A stretch of DNA of 64,000 nt from a bacterium (GCA_963674595.2 CAXXFV010000036.1:1-64000); one strand, 5' to 3'; shown: positions 49,510 through 60,495, counted from the stretch's first letter. Program-made: numbers and translations. Notes: generated by a model not told the origin, from the sequence alone.

Positions 49510-50745
49510 ATGAATAAAAAATATTTCATTGTGCTTTTTTTTGCATTTTTTACATTTTGTGTGGTTCATACGTCAAAGGCACAATTTACAAATTCGGTTT
49601 ACTCAATGTATGGGATTGGACAAATAATTGATAACGGTTTTGGCGTCAACAAGTCTCTTGGCGGTACAGGAATCGCTTTTCAAACCGGACGAACTTTTAA
49701 TTATTTAAATCCTGCATCGTATCTGGGAATTCCAACCGGTTCATATAATATGGAAATAGGTGTCGTTGGAATTTTGAACAGATCCAAAAACACAAAAACT
49801 TTTCAAACTGTTAGTAATATTAATTTCAGCCATTGTTCTGTCGGTTTGTGTTTTACGGACAAATGGGCATTAACTCTTGGTATACTTCCCTATAGTATGG
49901 TTGATTATGAAATATATTCCAGTGATCAAATTGAGGGTGAACCTGTTTCATTTGAAAAAAAATATACGGGAAGCGGTGGACTCTCTAAATTTTTTATGGG
50001 AAATTCATTTAAACTATTTAAAGGTTTGGCCGTCGGTTTCAACACATCTTTTATCAATGGGCCAATTTCCCATTCCGAAATTGCGTTAAGCAGCGGCGGT
50101 TTTTCAGGATATGAGCTTGTGAATGATTATACGGCCAATGCTTTTTATTTGGATTATGGTGTTCAATACTCTGTTGATAAGGATGATTGGCAATATACGA
50201 TTGGTATGGTTTATGGCCCGGGTAAAAAGTTGAATACCATAAATAATTTAGAGTTTACCTATAACGATGAAACGACATATCTAAGGGAGGATAGCTCCAT
50301 ATATGCTATCAGTATCCCGGAAAGTTTCGGTATTGGTTTGGCTGTTAAATATAGTTATCATTTTCGGGCCGGAATTGACTACAAGTGGAACAGATGGTCT
50401 GATATAAATTTTTCAAATCCGAATTTTGATACAAAAAACAGCAATCGATTTTCATTCGGTATGGAGTACGTTCCCGGTGATTATAGCGTCTGGTATAAGA
50501 GGTTCTTTTATCGGTTTGGTGCGTTTTATAAAAATTCATATCTTGAACTGGATAATAACCAAATCAATTCTTATGGTCTTTCTTTTGGTCTTGGTCTTCC
50601 CAACAGAATTTTGAGTGATTTAAATATGTCTCTGGAATATGGACAGGAGGGAACAACCGATAACAACCTGATTAAAAATCATTATTGGATGTTGGACGTC
50701 AGTTTTTCTGTTTCAGAGTTTTTCGTAAAACGTAAAAGAAAATAA
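49510..50745 (+). CDS. Outer-membrane beta-barrel protein (FadL/PorV-like)
   Basis: Signal peptide, S.YS.YG.G, NPASY, PYS.V.Y, GSGGL and YRFG motifs. Confidence 0.75.
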   Translation: MNKKYFIVLFFAFFTFCVVHTSKAQFTNSVYSMYGIGQIIDNGFGVNKSLGGTGIAFQTGRTFNYLNPASYLGIPTGSYNMEIGVVGILNRSKNTKTFQTVSNINFSHCSVGLCFTDKWALTLGILPYSMVDYEIYSSDQIEGEPVSFEKKYTGSGGLSKFFMGNSFKLFKGLAVGFNTSFINGPISHSEIALSSGGFSGYELVNDYTANAFYLDYGVQYSVDKDDWQYTIGMVYGPGKKLNTINNLEFTYNDETTYLREDSSIYAISIPESFGIGLAVKYSYHFRAGIDYKWNRWSDINFSNPNFDTKNSNRFSFGMEYVPGDYSVWYKRFFYRFGAFYKNSYLELDNNQINSYGLSFGLGLPNRILSDLNMSLEYGQEGTTDNNLIKNHYWMLDVSFSVSEFFVKRKRK

Positions 50746-50802
50746 CAGCGATGTTTTTGCAGAAACAAAATACTTTTGACGGTCTCTGAATATTTAATAT
50801 AA

Positions 50803-51609
50803 TCAGAGATCATCAAAAGTATAAAAATGTAATCCTGTTTTTTGTGCATAGGCAAGTAATTTTTCCAAAGGCTCAATGGCGATATAATTTTTAGGGCCTC
50901 TAGTTTCCGGATTTCGAATATCGTGTGCGTACAGCACAACTATTTCATCATTTTTAAACGCTCTGTCCATCCCCTCGTAACTTTGGACCAATATTTCATC
51001 ATCAAGGGTATGTGGTTGGCACGAACTGCCGTAAAGGCATCCGGCTTTTGCAATATCCTGTATTTTCATAAATATTTTATTGTTATGAACAAGGCCCTTA
51101 TTTTTCAGGTTTGAACCACTTCGCAGGTGACGAAAATATTTCAATAAAGTTGTGTCTGTGCTGTCGTCATTATTACTCATGGGATAGGCAAAACATGTGG
51201 GGAAGAAACCATTATCTTTCATTATATCAATGGCAGGAATAATTTCATCCTCAATATATTTTGCCATTCCAAACTCTTTATAATATTCAACGGCCCTGCG
51301 GTGTCGTAAACCATGACAACCGATGGCATGCCCCGCTTGTTCAAGATTTTTCAGAGCTTTAATTTGTTCCGGCGAAAGTTTATCAAATTTATCAATGAAA
51401 AAAGTTACGTGTGCGCCATACTTTTTAAATAATGGAATTTGTTTTTCCCAATTTATCATGTTACAATCATCGAATGTCAACAATACACCGGGTTTTGTAA
51501 TAAGCGTTGTAGGAGTTGAATCAACAGGTCCTGCTGCAAAACTTGAACTAAATAAAAAAATGCAGATTAGCATGACCTGAAATATTTTAATGAATTTATC
51601 TTTAATCAA
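50803..51609 (-). CDS. Polysaccharide deacetylase (NodB/CE4-like)
   Basis: LTFDD, GCHG..H and FAYP motifs, plus a signal peptide. Confidence 0.85.
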   Translation of the reverse strand: MIKDKFIKIFQVMLICIFLFSSSFAAGPVDSTPTTLITKPGVLLTFDDCNMINWEKQIPLFKKYGAHVTFFIDKFDKLSPEQIKALKNLEQAGHAIGCHGLRHRRAVEYYKEFGMAKYIEDEIIPAIDIMKDNGFFPTCFAYPMSNNDDSTDTTLLKYFRHLRSGSNLKNKGLVHNNKIFMKIQDIAKAGCLYGSSCQPHTLDDEILVQSYEGMDRAFKNDEIVVLYAHDIRNPETRGPKNYIAIEPLEKLLAYAQKTGLHFYTFDDL

Positions 51610-51642
51610 TTATCAGGTTCCATTTGAAATCGTGAAAAAAAT

Positions 51643-53799
51643 TTAAAAATTCCATGTGGGTATTGGCGTTCCTTTTGAAAATACTTCTTCTACATAGCAG
51701 CCTGTCTCTGGTGCCGGATGTGCACTGCCCTCAATTTCACCATTATCCACAATTCGAAAAGTCAGAATACTGTGCCATTTTTCATCCGCTAACCGAACAA
51801 TTGCCGAATTGGGATGATCAATGCGCCACCAGGACCCGCTAGGCGCCGGACCAAATTCTTTTTTAGCATCACAGGCAACCATCCTGCATTCAAGCGCTGT
51901 CCGGGTTTCATTAATAGGCCAAATAGAAAGCACATCACGAACCCTTCTTAAAGGCGGCGTGTTTGCACAAATGAATGGTGTTCCATCAGCAGCACAGTTT
52001 ATTGAAACAGGAGAGCGGGAACGTCGATTCTTTTCGTAAAGGACCTGGTTCCAGGTTTCTCCATTATCAATAGATCGCCATACACCAATGTCAAAGGCTA
52101 TAGTCGGAATGGCCCGATCGGAACTTCGGGCTGAGAACAACAAATTGCCATCGGCTTCCCGAATAAGACTTGGTTCAGACCATGTGACCGAATCTCCCGT
52201 AACCGGTGTGAATGAAACCGGTCGCCAACCTTTAGCGCCATACTGCCATCTTGTAACGCCGGCCACGGCAATGCCGTTCACTCTTGAAATCATGACATAC
52301 AACAGATCTTTACCGTCAGGAATGGCGTTTGTGACAAAATTTCCAACGAGTTTCCAGTCAGATAGTAACGTTGCTTCGTCCACAGGTTGTTTTTCTGTGA
52401 CTTTGAATATTTTGCCATCATAAGCAAACTGAAACATCATGGCGTATCGTTCGGTATAGTTTCGATAGTCAAAACGGCCCTCTTTATCAGAGTTGTGCTT
52501 TATCGCCCAACACATGCCGAATCCAGTACCTGCATAAGGATGAGGTGTACCATCCTCTAATTTTGCACCAATTGGTACAAAACCACCCAAAACAGGTCCC
52601 TTGCGCACAATATAGTGGCCGGTTTTAGGATGCCGACCTGTTTCGTAACGGGAAATTCCAATCGCGTTATCGGGTTTGATATTTGAAAGATCATCAAAGA
52701 CAACGACGTCCGTACCTATTTCAAAATCAATATTTCCCGATCCTTCTTTTCGCACATTACACAATAATGCCACCTCGGTTGGGCTTATTTGTAACGGAAA
52801 TCCCAAACCATATCGCCAAATTTCGTTTTTTGGAACGTTACTCGGCGAAATAAGGTCTGCTTTCCCATGAGTAAGACCGGTAATACCTGTCGCTCTGTTA
52901 TTCAGACTTTTTTGATATGTTTGTAATTGTCTGGTTTCCTCTTGTTGCCGGGCTTGCAGTTTTTTTTGTTTATCCTCAAAAATTTTATCAGTTTGTTTTT
53001 TTAAATTATTTTCAATTGTGGTCGTTTCCTGTTTTGTCAATTTTTCATCCTTGAAAACAAAACGTCCAAAATTTTCAGACTCGTCAAATTCGGAATTGAC
53101 CGGTGACCAACTTGTTTTACGATCTTCGGGACAAATAATGGTTATTATGTTACGACCAATATTGCCCAGCCATACTGTATTTGGTTCGGGTGTTGTCTGT
53201 AATTTTTTAAATGGAATTTTAACTTCCATACTAAAAAAGTCTTTAGCAATATACGTTTTTGCTTCCCAATCGTCTAAGGCAGTCGTTTCTTTTTTAATAC
53301 TTTCTCCACTCCAACGAGATCCAATTGCATTAATAATAAAATGGTGTACTGTTTTATTATTATCTGTTTGCAGCAATAATTCTATGCCGTCATCTTTATT
53401 AAAAGTATTTATATCTTTTTTTGTTTCAAGCTGTTTAACCCAGGGCTCCATACATTTTACGGCTACATAAAGATTCAGTGAATCATAGCCCATTTTGAAA
53501 AAAGTTTGTTTGGTGGGAGGAAAATTCATGTCGAATTCTTTGATAAATTCCGTTGTAAAACTGGTTTCAACCGGAATGTTCTGCCAGGCTTTATCACTTT
53601 CTATTTTACCATCGAGGTGTGGCGCTATATCAAGTTTGTAACAGGGATATGTCCTTTGCACTTTATTCCCGGAACATGCCGTCATAATTAACAGAATAAT
53701 TAATGCTGATTTTGTATACCAATTTAATGCATTTTTTAGATAATTCAATAATAGTCCTTTCGGTTGATGGTTTAAAAAGGTTGTGTCAGGAACAGACAA
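51643..53799 (-). CDS. Lipoprotein with a CBM9-like domain and a C-terminal BNR/sialidase-like propeller
   Basis: Lipobox MTAC, P.LDG....W, YD..NLYVAV.C, DDGIE, E..IPF; coiled-coil linker; Asp-box SIDNGETW. Confidence 0.7.
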   Translation of the reverse strand: MSVPDTTFLNHQPKGLLLNYLKNALNWYTKSALIILLIMTACSGNKVQRTYPCYKLDIAPHLDGKIESDKAWQNIPVETSFTTEFIKEFDMNFPPTKQTFFKMGYDSLNLYVAVKCMEPWVKQLETKKDINTFNKDDGIELLLQTDNNKTVHHFIINAIGSRWSGESIKKETTALDDWEAKTYIAKDFFSMEVKIPFKKLQTTPEPNTVWLGNIGRNIITIICPEDRKTSWSPVNSEFDESENFGRFVFKDEKLTKQETTTIENNLKKQTDKIFEDKQKKLQARQQEETRQLQTYQKSLNNRATGITGLTHGKADLISPSNVPKNEIWRYGLGFPLQISPTEVALLCNVRKEGSGNIDFEIGTDVVVFDDLSNIKPDNAIGISRYETGRHPKTGHYIVRKGPVLGGFVPIGAKLEDGTPHPYAGTGFGMCWAIKHNSDKEGRFDYRNYTERYAMMFQFAYDGKIFKVTEKQPVDEATLLSDWKLVGNFVTNAIPDGKDLLYVMISRVNGIAVAGVTRWQYGAKGWRPVSFTPVTGDSVTWSEPSLIREADGNLLFSARSSDRAIPTIAFDIGVWRSIDNGETWNQVLYEKNRRSRSPVSINCAADGTPFICANTPPLRRVRDVLSIWPINETRTALECRMVACDAKKEFGPAPSGSWWRIDHPNSAIVRLADEKWHSILTFRIVDNGEIEGSAHPAPETGCYVEEVFSKGTPIPTWNF

Positions 53800-53823
53800 T
53801 ATTATTTTATAAGAGTAATTCTT

Positions 53824-56136
53824 CTAGTTTTCATTACTCAATGAATAGGGCGCATTTTCCGGTTTACTCGCCCAGTTTATATTCGGATTTTTATCCAGGT
53901 TAAAAACTAATTCGCCTCCGTTTTGTATGTCTTTATACCGGATATAGCTTTGATTATAGCTTTTGCCGTTCAAGCCGGCTGATTGGATATAACAATTTTG
54001 GGCTGAATTGTTTTTCGCTGTAATAACAAATTCTTTACCGTTTTCCAGTTTTAATACTGCTTTGTCAAATAGCGGACTGCCGATGACATACTGATCAATA
54101 CTTGGGGTCACCGGATAAAATCCCAGTGAACTGAATACATACCAGGCTGATGTTTGGCCGTTATCTTCATCGCCGCAATAGCCATCCGGATTGGGTGTGT
54201 AAAAGGTTGTCAGCACTTTTCTAATTTTTTCCTGTGTTTTATAGGGCGCTCCCGCATAATTATATAGATATATCATGTGTTGAATGGGTTGGTTCCCATG
54301 GGCGTAATTACCCATGTTTAATATTTGCATTTCTCTGATTTCATGAATTGTGAAACCATAATAAGAATCATCAAAGTCCGGCGGCATTTCAAACACATTA
54401 TCCAATTGTTTTATAAAATTTTGATTGCCGCCCATCAAATTTATGAGTCCGTTTATGTCATGAAAAACAGACCATGTATAGTGCAAACTGTTTCCTTCTG
54501 TAAAAGCGCCACCCCATTTTAACGGATTAAAGGGGCTTTGAAATGTTCCGTCTTTATTTTTGCCTCTCATTAAATTTGTCGAAGGATCGAACAGATTTTT
54601 ATAATTCTGAGATTGTTCATAATACTTTTTGGCAATTTCATCTTTACCCAATTTTCCCGCTATTTTTGCAATCGTAAAATCAGCAAAAGCATATTCCAAC
54701 GTTTGCGCTGCGTTTTCTTTAATGCCGACATCATAGGGAATATAACCGATTGTGTTGTAATATTGCAGACCTACACGTCCGACTGACGGGACGGGTCTGC
54801 CTTCGGATACGGTCGCGTTTTTTAAAACAGCTTCAAAAAGCACATCGATGTCTTTGTCAAAGACGCCTTTTAAATAGGCATCGGCAATGATTGTGGCGGA
54901 ATTTGAACCTACCATACACCACCTGTGCCCTGGACTGGCCCATTCGGGCAGCCACCCGGATTCTTTATATGTGTTTACCAGTCCTTTCATAATATTGCTG
55001 TTTACGTCCTGATACATCATGTTGAAAAATGGAAAGACGGCCCTAAACGTATCCCAAAACCCGTTATCCGTAAACATATATCCGGGTAATACCTGGCCGT
55101 TATATGGGCTGTAATGCACAATATCATTTTCAGCGTTAATTTCATAAAATTTTCTCGGAAACAATAACATTCTATACAAACAGGAATAAAAAGTTCTGAT
55201 ATGGTCAATATTTCTGTCTTTAATTAAAATTCTGCCCAATTCCTTTTCCCAGGCCAGTTTGGCTTTTTCTTTGGTCCGGTCAAAAGAATCCTGACCGATT
55301 TCTCTGTTCAGATTAAGCTTGGCCTGTTCCGGGCTGATAAATGAAGAGGCAACCTTTACATGGATAACCTGGCCTTTTTGAGTGTTGAATCCGATAATGG
55401 CGCCTACATGTTCTCCTTCACTGTTCAATTTGTTTTTTTGTAACTTCCAGTTATCTCCCCATGTATGTGTAATTTCGAATTCCGTATCAAATTCAGCTAC
55501 AAAATAGTTTTTAAAATTATCGGGCACACCGGCCTTGTAATTTCTGCAGTATCCGATGATCTTTTTTTCCTGGGGAATAATTTTAACCATAGAGCCTTTA
55601 AAAAATCCATCCAATAAAATATATGAATGTTCTGATTCGGGAAAAGTGAATTTGAAATGTGCTGCACGTTCCGTTGGACTTGTTTCCACAGTGACATCAT
55701 AGTCCGCCAGATATGCCTTGTAATAATGGGGTTTGGCAATTTCCGCCTTGTGAGAAAACCAGGATTCACGTTCATCTTCTTTGTATTTCAATTCTCCTGT
55801 AACTGCCATTAAAGAAAAAGCTGCATAATCATTTATCCACGGACTGGGTTGATGTGTTTGTTTGATGCCTCTTATTTTATTCTCATCATACTTGTATGTC
55901 CAGCCGTCACCCATTTTTGAAGTCATGGGTGTCCAGAAATTCATTCCCCAGGGAACAGCTATGGCCGGATAGGTATTGCCATTTGAAAGACTAAACTCAG
56001 AGTCAGTCCCCATTAACGGATTTACATAATCGAGTAATGAAAAATCAGAATTATAGTAATTGTTATCCTTTTCGTTCCTTTGACATGAGATACATGAAAG
56101 AACAAGTAAAATAATGAGAATGCCTTTGTAATTCAT
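53824..56136 (-). CDS. GH92 alpha-1,2-mannosidase
   Basis: VNPLMGT, GNTYP, THQPSPW, WDTFR, TLEYA..D, FTEGN, HGNQP and GDEDNGQTSAWY motifs. Confidence 0.95.
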   Translation of the reverse strand: MNYKGILIILLVLSCISCQRNEKDNNYYNSDFSLLDYVNPLMGTDSEFSLSNGNTYPAIAVPWGMNFWTPMTSKMGDGWTYKYDENKIRGIKQTHQPSPWINDYAAFSLMAVTGELKYKEDERESWFSHKAEIAKPHYYKAYLADYDVTVETSPTERAAHFKFTFPESEHSYILLDGFFKGSMVKIIPQEKKIIGYCRNYKAGVPDNFKNYFVAEFDTEFEITHTWGDNWKLQKNKLNSEGEHVGAIIGFNTQKGQVIHVKVASSFISPEQAKLNLNREIGQDSFDRTKEKAKLAWEKELGRILIKDRNIDHIRTFYSCLYRMLLFPRKFYEINAENDIVHYSPYNGQVLPGYMFTDNGFWDTFRAVFPFFNMMYQDVNSNIMKGLVNTYKESGWLPEWASPGHRWCMVGSNSATIIADAYLKGVFDKDIDVLFEAVLKNATVSEGRPVPSVGRVGLQYYNTIGYIPYDVGIKENAAQTLEYAFADFTIAKIAGKLGKDEIAKKYYEQSQNYKNLFDPSTNLMRGKNKDGTFQSPFNPLKWGGAFTEGNSLHYTWSVFHDINGLINLMGGNQNFIKQLDNVFEMPPDFDDSYYGFTIHEIREMQILNMGNYAHGNQPIQHMIYLYNYAGAPYKTQEKIRKVLTTFYTPNPDGYCGDEDNGQTSAWYVFSSLGFYPVTPSIDQYVIGSPLFDKAVLKLENGKEFVITAKNNSAQNCYIQSAGLNGKSYNQSYIRYKDIQNGGELVFNLDKNPNINWASKPENAPYSLSNEN

Positions 56137-56261
56137 TTGTACGCCTTAAAATTATTTGAATGATATATGGTTTTTTATTTCAGAATAACTAGAGCAGCAC
56201 ATTGTTTTAATGAGATAATATACAGTTTCAAGAGTGATAGCCGGTAAATATTATATTAATA

Positions 56262-57143
56262 TCATTTTTCTTTTGGTGTTGTTAAACCTTCTGAAACAGA
56301 CCAGTCATAAAACCTTTGTATCCAGTTATCCGAAGGTAACCCTTGTTTTCGCATACCAAACCCGTGACCGCCTTTTGAATACATAAACAGACCGGCATTC
56401 AATCCCAGGCTATGCCATGAATTATAAATATCAATTGAACCGGAAGCCAGACCTAACGGATCATCATTGGCGCAGATAATTAGAATGGGAGGTGCGTCAG
56501 TTTTTGGTTTGGTTACCGTTATGGCTGTAGTCCAGGCATAAACCGGTACTACAAAGTTTGGCTTGTTCTCATCAGAATAGTTATAAGCAACACCCATTGT
56601 AACGGCCCCGCCTGCTGAAAATCCCATAAAACCTATTTTCTCCGGATCGATTCCAAAATCTGATGCGTTCTTGCGAACATAGGAAACAGCATTCAAACCG
56701 TCTTCAATTGCCAGCGGCATCACTATTTTAACATTTTTATATACCTGCGACGGATTTTTTTCAAAAAGGTCTGAAAATTCTGCTACACCGTCTTGTTGAG
56801 TCGGTACCAATCTGTATTTTAGAACAAAAGCTGTTATCCCGTGCTTTACAAGCCATTCCGCAACATCATTACCTTCACTGTTTATGCTCAGTGCATATAA
56901 ACCTCCGCCGGGGGCAATAATAACAGCCGTACCATTTTGTGTTTTCTGGGCGGGTTTAAATACCTGCATTGTGGGGGCTGAAACATTGGTTACAACCTGT
57001 GTTTGCCACAGATCAGAGAAATATTCTTTTTCCGGTTCCCAGGTGATTTTATCTGAATTTTTACAAGGGAGTTGAATGATGTTTTGTGCAAAGCCTGACA
57101 TAGATAAGCCTAATAATACGTAAATGATGATTTTTTTTATCAT
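56262..57143 (-). CDS. Alpha/beta hydrolase (carbohydrate-esterase-like)
   Basis: PGGG, LKYRL, GFSAGG, DD and GGHGFG motifs. Confidence 0.88.
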   Translation of the reverse strand: MIKKIIIYVLLGLSMSGFAQNIIQLPCKNSDKITWEPEKEYFSDLWQTQVVTNVSAPTMQVFKPAQKTQNGTAVIIAPGGGLYALSINSEGNDVAEWLVKHGITAFVLKYRLVPTQQDGVAEFSDLFEKNPSQVYKNVKIVMPLAIEDGLNAVSYVRKNASDFGIDPEKIGFMGFSAGGAVTMGVAYNYSDENKPNFVVPVYAWTTAITVTKPKTDAPPILIICANDDPLGLASGSIDIYNSWHSLGLNAGLFMYSKGGHGFGMRKQGLPSDNWIQRFYDWSVSEGLTTPKEK

Positions 57144-57332
57144 TTTTAAATCTTTATAGTGAAAGTTAATATTGATTTAAAATGTTGCCGGACAATTAGA
57201 ATATAACAATTTCTCGTTTATTATTCCTGCCGAAATTATAAAATAACGATACAACTTTTCATAATCAATATACGGCAAATTATCATAATTTTTGTTAAAG
57301 ATTTATTTTTTAGTGATTTTATTGGCAAATTT

Positions 57333-58910
57333 CTAGTTTAAATATTTTGTTTTCTCAATTGACTTTACTTCAACATGCTGTATTAACGGGTTCTTTTCCG
57401 GACTGAGCGTCAGGAATATTTCAATATCTTTATCTTTCCCATGCAATATAATCGTACCGCGTAACTGGTTTATCGCTTTTAATGGACCGATGTCAATAAT
57501 ATCACCGGCTTTATCATATACTTGTTTGGAATTTTTTACAAGGTCTTTTACCCGAAAGTCCAGAAAAAAGTTGTCCGCAAACAATCCGCTGCTTTCAGCG
57601 TTTTGCCAGTCGGGCAGAATTTTTATCATTTGGTTTAAGCGTTGTTCAAGAATGTTTGAAACCGGCAATTGGCGAGGCTCCAGGTTTGCCAGGGTGATAA
57701 CCGTATCCAGCACCGCTACATTAACAGATGAAGTTCCGCCATAGGTTCTGTTATCAAACGACATGACAGCCAGACCATAATCCGGCATCATACACCAATT
57801 ACTGCCGAATCCGGGCAACCCGCCGGTGTGACTGATATATACCTTGCCGTTACAGTCCTGCATCCATCTAAGACCATAGCCATAAGCTTTAACGTAGGGA
57901 CATTTTCTTTTTTCACCTGTCAGGTAATAGAAATCATCAGATAACTCAAAAAAACGCCAGGGATAATGCATTTCCCGTAATGAACTGCGTTTTAAAATGC
58001 CGGTATCTGTATCACTTTTTGGGGGCCAGGCAGACAGGTGCAGATTGACGTATTTGACAAAATCATTAATCGAGGTAATCAGTCCGCCCATGGCTCCAAA
58101 AGCGCCGTGATGTTCCAGGGGAATGTTGACATAGGAAGAATCAATCCAGTTATATCCAAGAGCCAGATTTTCTGTTTGGGCTTTTTCAAATTCCCAAACA
58201 GTTGCGTTCATACCAAGTGGTTTTAAAATATGTTCTGTTGTGTATTTTTCAAAAGGCATCCCCGTAACTTTTTGAATAATCTGGCCCAACAATGCAAAGC
58301 CGAGATTGCTGTATTCGTAAGCGATCCCCGGTGCGTTGGAAAAAGAAAGTCCGTCTTTAACCATTTGCAGAAATTCTTTGTCCGTATCAGCCAGTTGCCG
58401 GTCGCCCCAGGGATTGTCCTCCGGGAATCCGGCGCCATGTGTCAGCAGATGCCGAATGGTTATTTTCGGTGAGTCCATTGTGGGATATACCAGATTTTTC
58501 ATTTCCGGGATATACTTGCTTGCCGGATCATCTAGATTCAGTTTCCCGGCGTCACGTAATTGTAATATTGCAATTGCCGTAAAACTTTTGCTCATGGAAG
58601 CAATACGAAACAGTGACGCATTATTTACCGGGGTTTGTTTTTCGACATTTTTATAGCCGAATCCACCTGAATAAACCAATTCACCGTCCAGAACAATGCC
58701 GTAAACAAAGCCGGGTGTATGATGTTCTTTAGCATATTCTTTAAAAATAAGGTCCACGGTTTCTGCTGTGGCTTGAACATTTTTCAATCGGTCCTGATCT
58801 GTAAATATAGCCGGTTTATATGCAGCCTGATTTGATTGTGCAAAAGATAAGGAGGAAAAGAAAAAAAGAGTTACCAGTAGACAAGATGCAATAACAGAGT
58901 TTGATTTCAT
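57333..58910 (-). CDS. Serine hydrolase, beta-lactamase/class C-like family
   Basis: IASMSK, LLTH, YSN and HTGG motifs, plus a signal peptide. Confidence 0.9.
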   Translation of the reverse strand: MKSNSVIASCLLVTLFFFSSLSFAQSNQAAYKPAIFTDQDRLKNVQATAETVDLIFKEYAKEHHTPGFVYGIVLDGELVYSGGFGYKNVEKQTPVNNASLFRIASMSKSFTAIAILQLRDAGKLNLDDPASKYIPEMKNLVYPTMDSPKITIRHLLTHGAGFPEDNPWGDRQLADTDKEFLQMVKDGLSFSNAPGIAYEYSNLGFALLGQIIQKVTGMPFEKYTTEHILKPLGMNATVWEFEKAQTENLALGYNWIDSSYVNIPLEHHGAFGAMGGLITSINDFVKYVNLHLSAWPPKSDTDTGILKRSSLREMHYPWRFFELSDDFYYLTGEKRKCPYVKAYGYGLRWMQDCNGKVYISHTGGLPGFGSNWCMMPDYGLAVMSFDNRTYGGTSSVNVAVLDTVITLANLEPRQLPVSNILEQRLNQMIKILPDWQNAESSGLFADNFFLDFRVKDLVKNSKQVYDKAGDIIDIGPLKAINQLRGTIILHGKDKDIEIFLTLSPEKNPLIQHVEVKSIEKTKYLN

Positions 58911-59112
58911 AGCAGATCCCTTAATTCAAATAAAAGCACAGAATAATTCAATTGTTTTTTCGGTGATTATGGTAATGGGGGTCTCTTTTGAATATGATCA
59001 AATCGCTATTAATTGGTTCTATGCAATTTGGTTATCTATTATACTAATCTTGTACCAGTTCTACAACATGTATTTGACAATTTTTTATATTTTTTTTTGA
59101 TGATATATCTAA

Positions 59113-59721
59113 TTAAGGAACCTGAAACTGTATCATGTAAAAATCTTCTAAATCCATATATCTTATTCTTTCAAATCCCTGTTCATTTGCCGTTTTTTCA
59201 AGTTCTTGTGGTGAAATCCTCATGTGCATCGGCGGCCCAAAGAATGTCTCTCTTTTTTGGCAATCAAGTGTGATCAGTCTGGCGCCTGGTTTGAGTATTC
59301 TTTTTATCTCTTTAAGCAGTTTTTCGCCGTCTTTATTGATATCAAGAATGTGAAGCACCGTGGACAGAAAACAAATATCTCCTGTATTTTGTGGGATAGG
59401 GAGGGCTTTTAGGATATCCGCATGAATGACTTGGATGTTTGCAAAGTCAGGAGTACTCGTTCGAATTTTCAAATCACTGATGACATTTTCCTGCTTGTCA
59501 ATTGCAATGACTTGTCCTGCTTTGCCGACAAAATCCGTTGCTCGTATTGCATAGTCACCAGTACCGCAACCCAGGTCTATAAAACAATCTCCCTTTTTTA
59601 TATCAAGTTCTTTATAAATTACATTCTGATCAACTAAATGATAACTACTGGGTCCCCGTTTATGACTGTTGTTTTTACAGTTTTTTCTGTCCTGATGTTT
59701 GTTGGCACATATATGGTTCAT
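59113..59721 (-). CDS. Class I SAM-dependent methyltransferase
   Basis: DLGCGTG, AID, VLH, LKPG and GPP...R motifs. Confidence 0.9.
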   Translation of the reverse strand: MNHICANKHQDRKNCKNNSHKRGPSSYHLVDQNVIYKELDIKKGDCFIDLGCGTGDYAIRATDFVGKAGQVIAIDKQENVISDLKIRTSTPDFANIQVIHADILKALPIPQNTGDICFLSTVLHILDINKDGEKLLKEIKRILKPGARLITLDCQKRETFFGPPMHMRISPQELEKTANEQGFERIRYMDLEDFYMIQFQVP

Positions 59722-59750
59722 GGTAACTTCCTATGATAATTTTAAATTGA

Positions 59751-60188
59751 TCAATTAACTTTTTTACAAAAATTATTATTTATTTTTAGCAATATTTCAC
59801 TTAACATTTTAACTTCCTGCCCGGAAAGACCTTTTATTAAGCTAGTTTTTATTTTTTTACGAAAATCAATTAATTGGTCTTTCCTCCCCATTCCTTTTTC
59901 TGTTATCGATACCCGAAATGTCCTCCCGTCATTTTTATTTTTTTCTCGTTTGATATAATTCATTAATTCCAGTTTTTTTAAGGCCCTTCCCACATTCGTT
60001 CTGTCTACATCCAGTTGTTCAACCAGCTTTTCCTGGTTGCATTCTCCGTCGTACAACAGGTGAAGAGCCATCAAAATTCTCATTTCTGTGTGTGTTATTC
60101 CAAAGGCATAAAGTTCTTTATCACTCATTTTTCGCATGCTTTTTACGATATTGTGCAATAGATTAAAAATATCCGGCTGATTATTCAT
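59751..60188 (-). CDS. MarR-family transcriptional regulator
   Basis: DRTNVGRALKKLE...YI.R.....DGR...V..TEKG winged helix. Confidence 0.92.
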   Translation of the reverse strand: MNNQPDIFNLLHNIVKSMRKMSDKELYAFGITHTEMRILMALHLLYDGECNQEKLVEQLDVDRTNVGRALKKLELMNYIKREKNKNDGRTFRVSITEKGMGRKDQLIDFRKKIKTSLIKGLSGQEVKMLSEILLKINNNFCKKVN

Positions 60189-60220
60189 TTTAATTTCTCC
60201 AATAGGGGATAGATTTATTA

Positions 60221-60240
60221 ATATGCGTGCGCACGCATAT
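60221..60240. promoter_or_regulatory. Putative MarR operator
   Basis: Perfect 20-bp palindrome ATATGCGTGCGCACGCATAT about 33 bp upstream of marR. Confidence 0.7.
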
Positions 60241-60495
60241 AGTTAATGATTTTTTATGATATAATCAAGATATTTATCCTGGTGGTACAAATATTTTTTT
60301 AAACAATGACTATAAATAAATATCTGATATTTGTAATAAAATTGAAAATATTTGCGTAATTTTTATTGTTATAACTATCGAGATTTCAAAATATTATCAG
60401 ATATGCTTGAATATAGAAATTTCCAGCCGTAATTAATAAATGTGTACGGTTTTCAGATGTTGTCATAGCAGAATTCAGATTACTTAGAGTATGAA

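Noticed and set aside
57333-58910. Antibiotic-resistance beta-lactamase
   Set aside because: Length and motifs fit the broad serine-hydrolase family; nothing indicates beta-lactam specificity.
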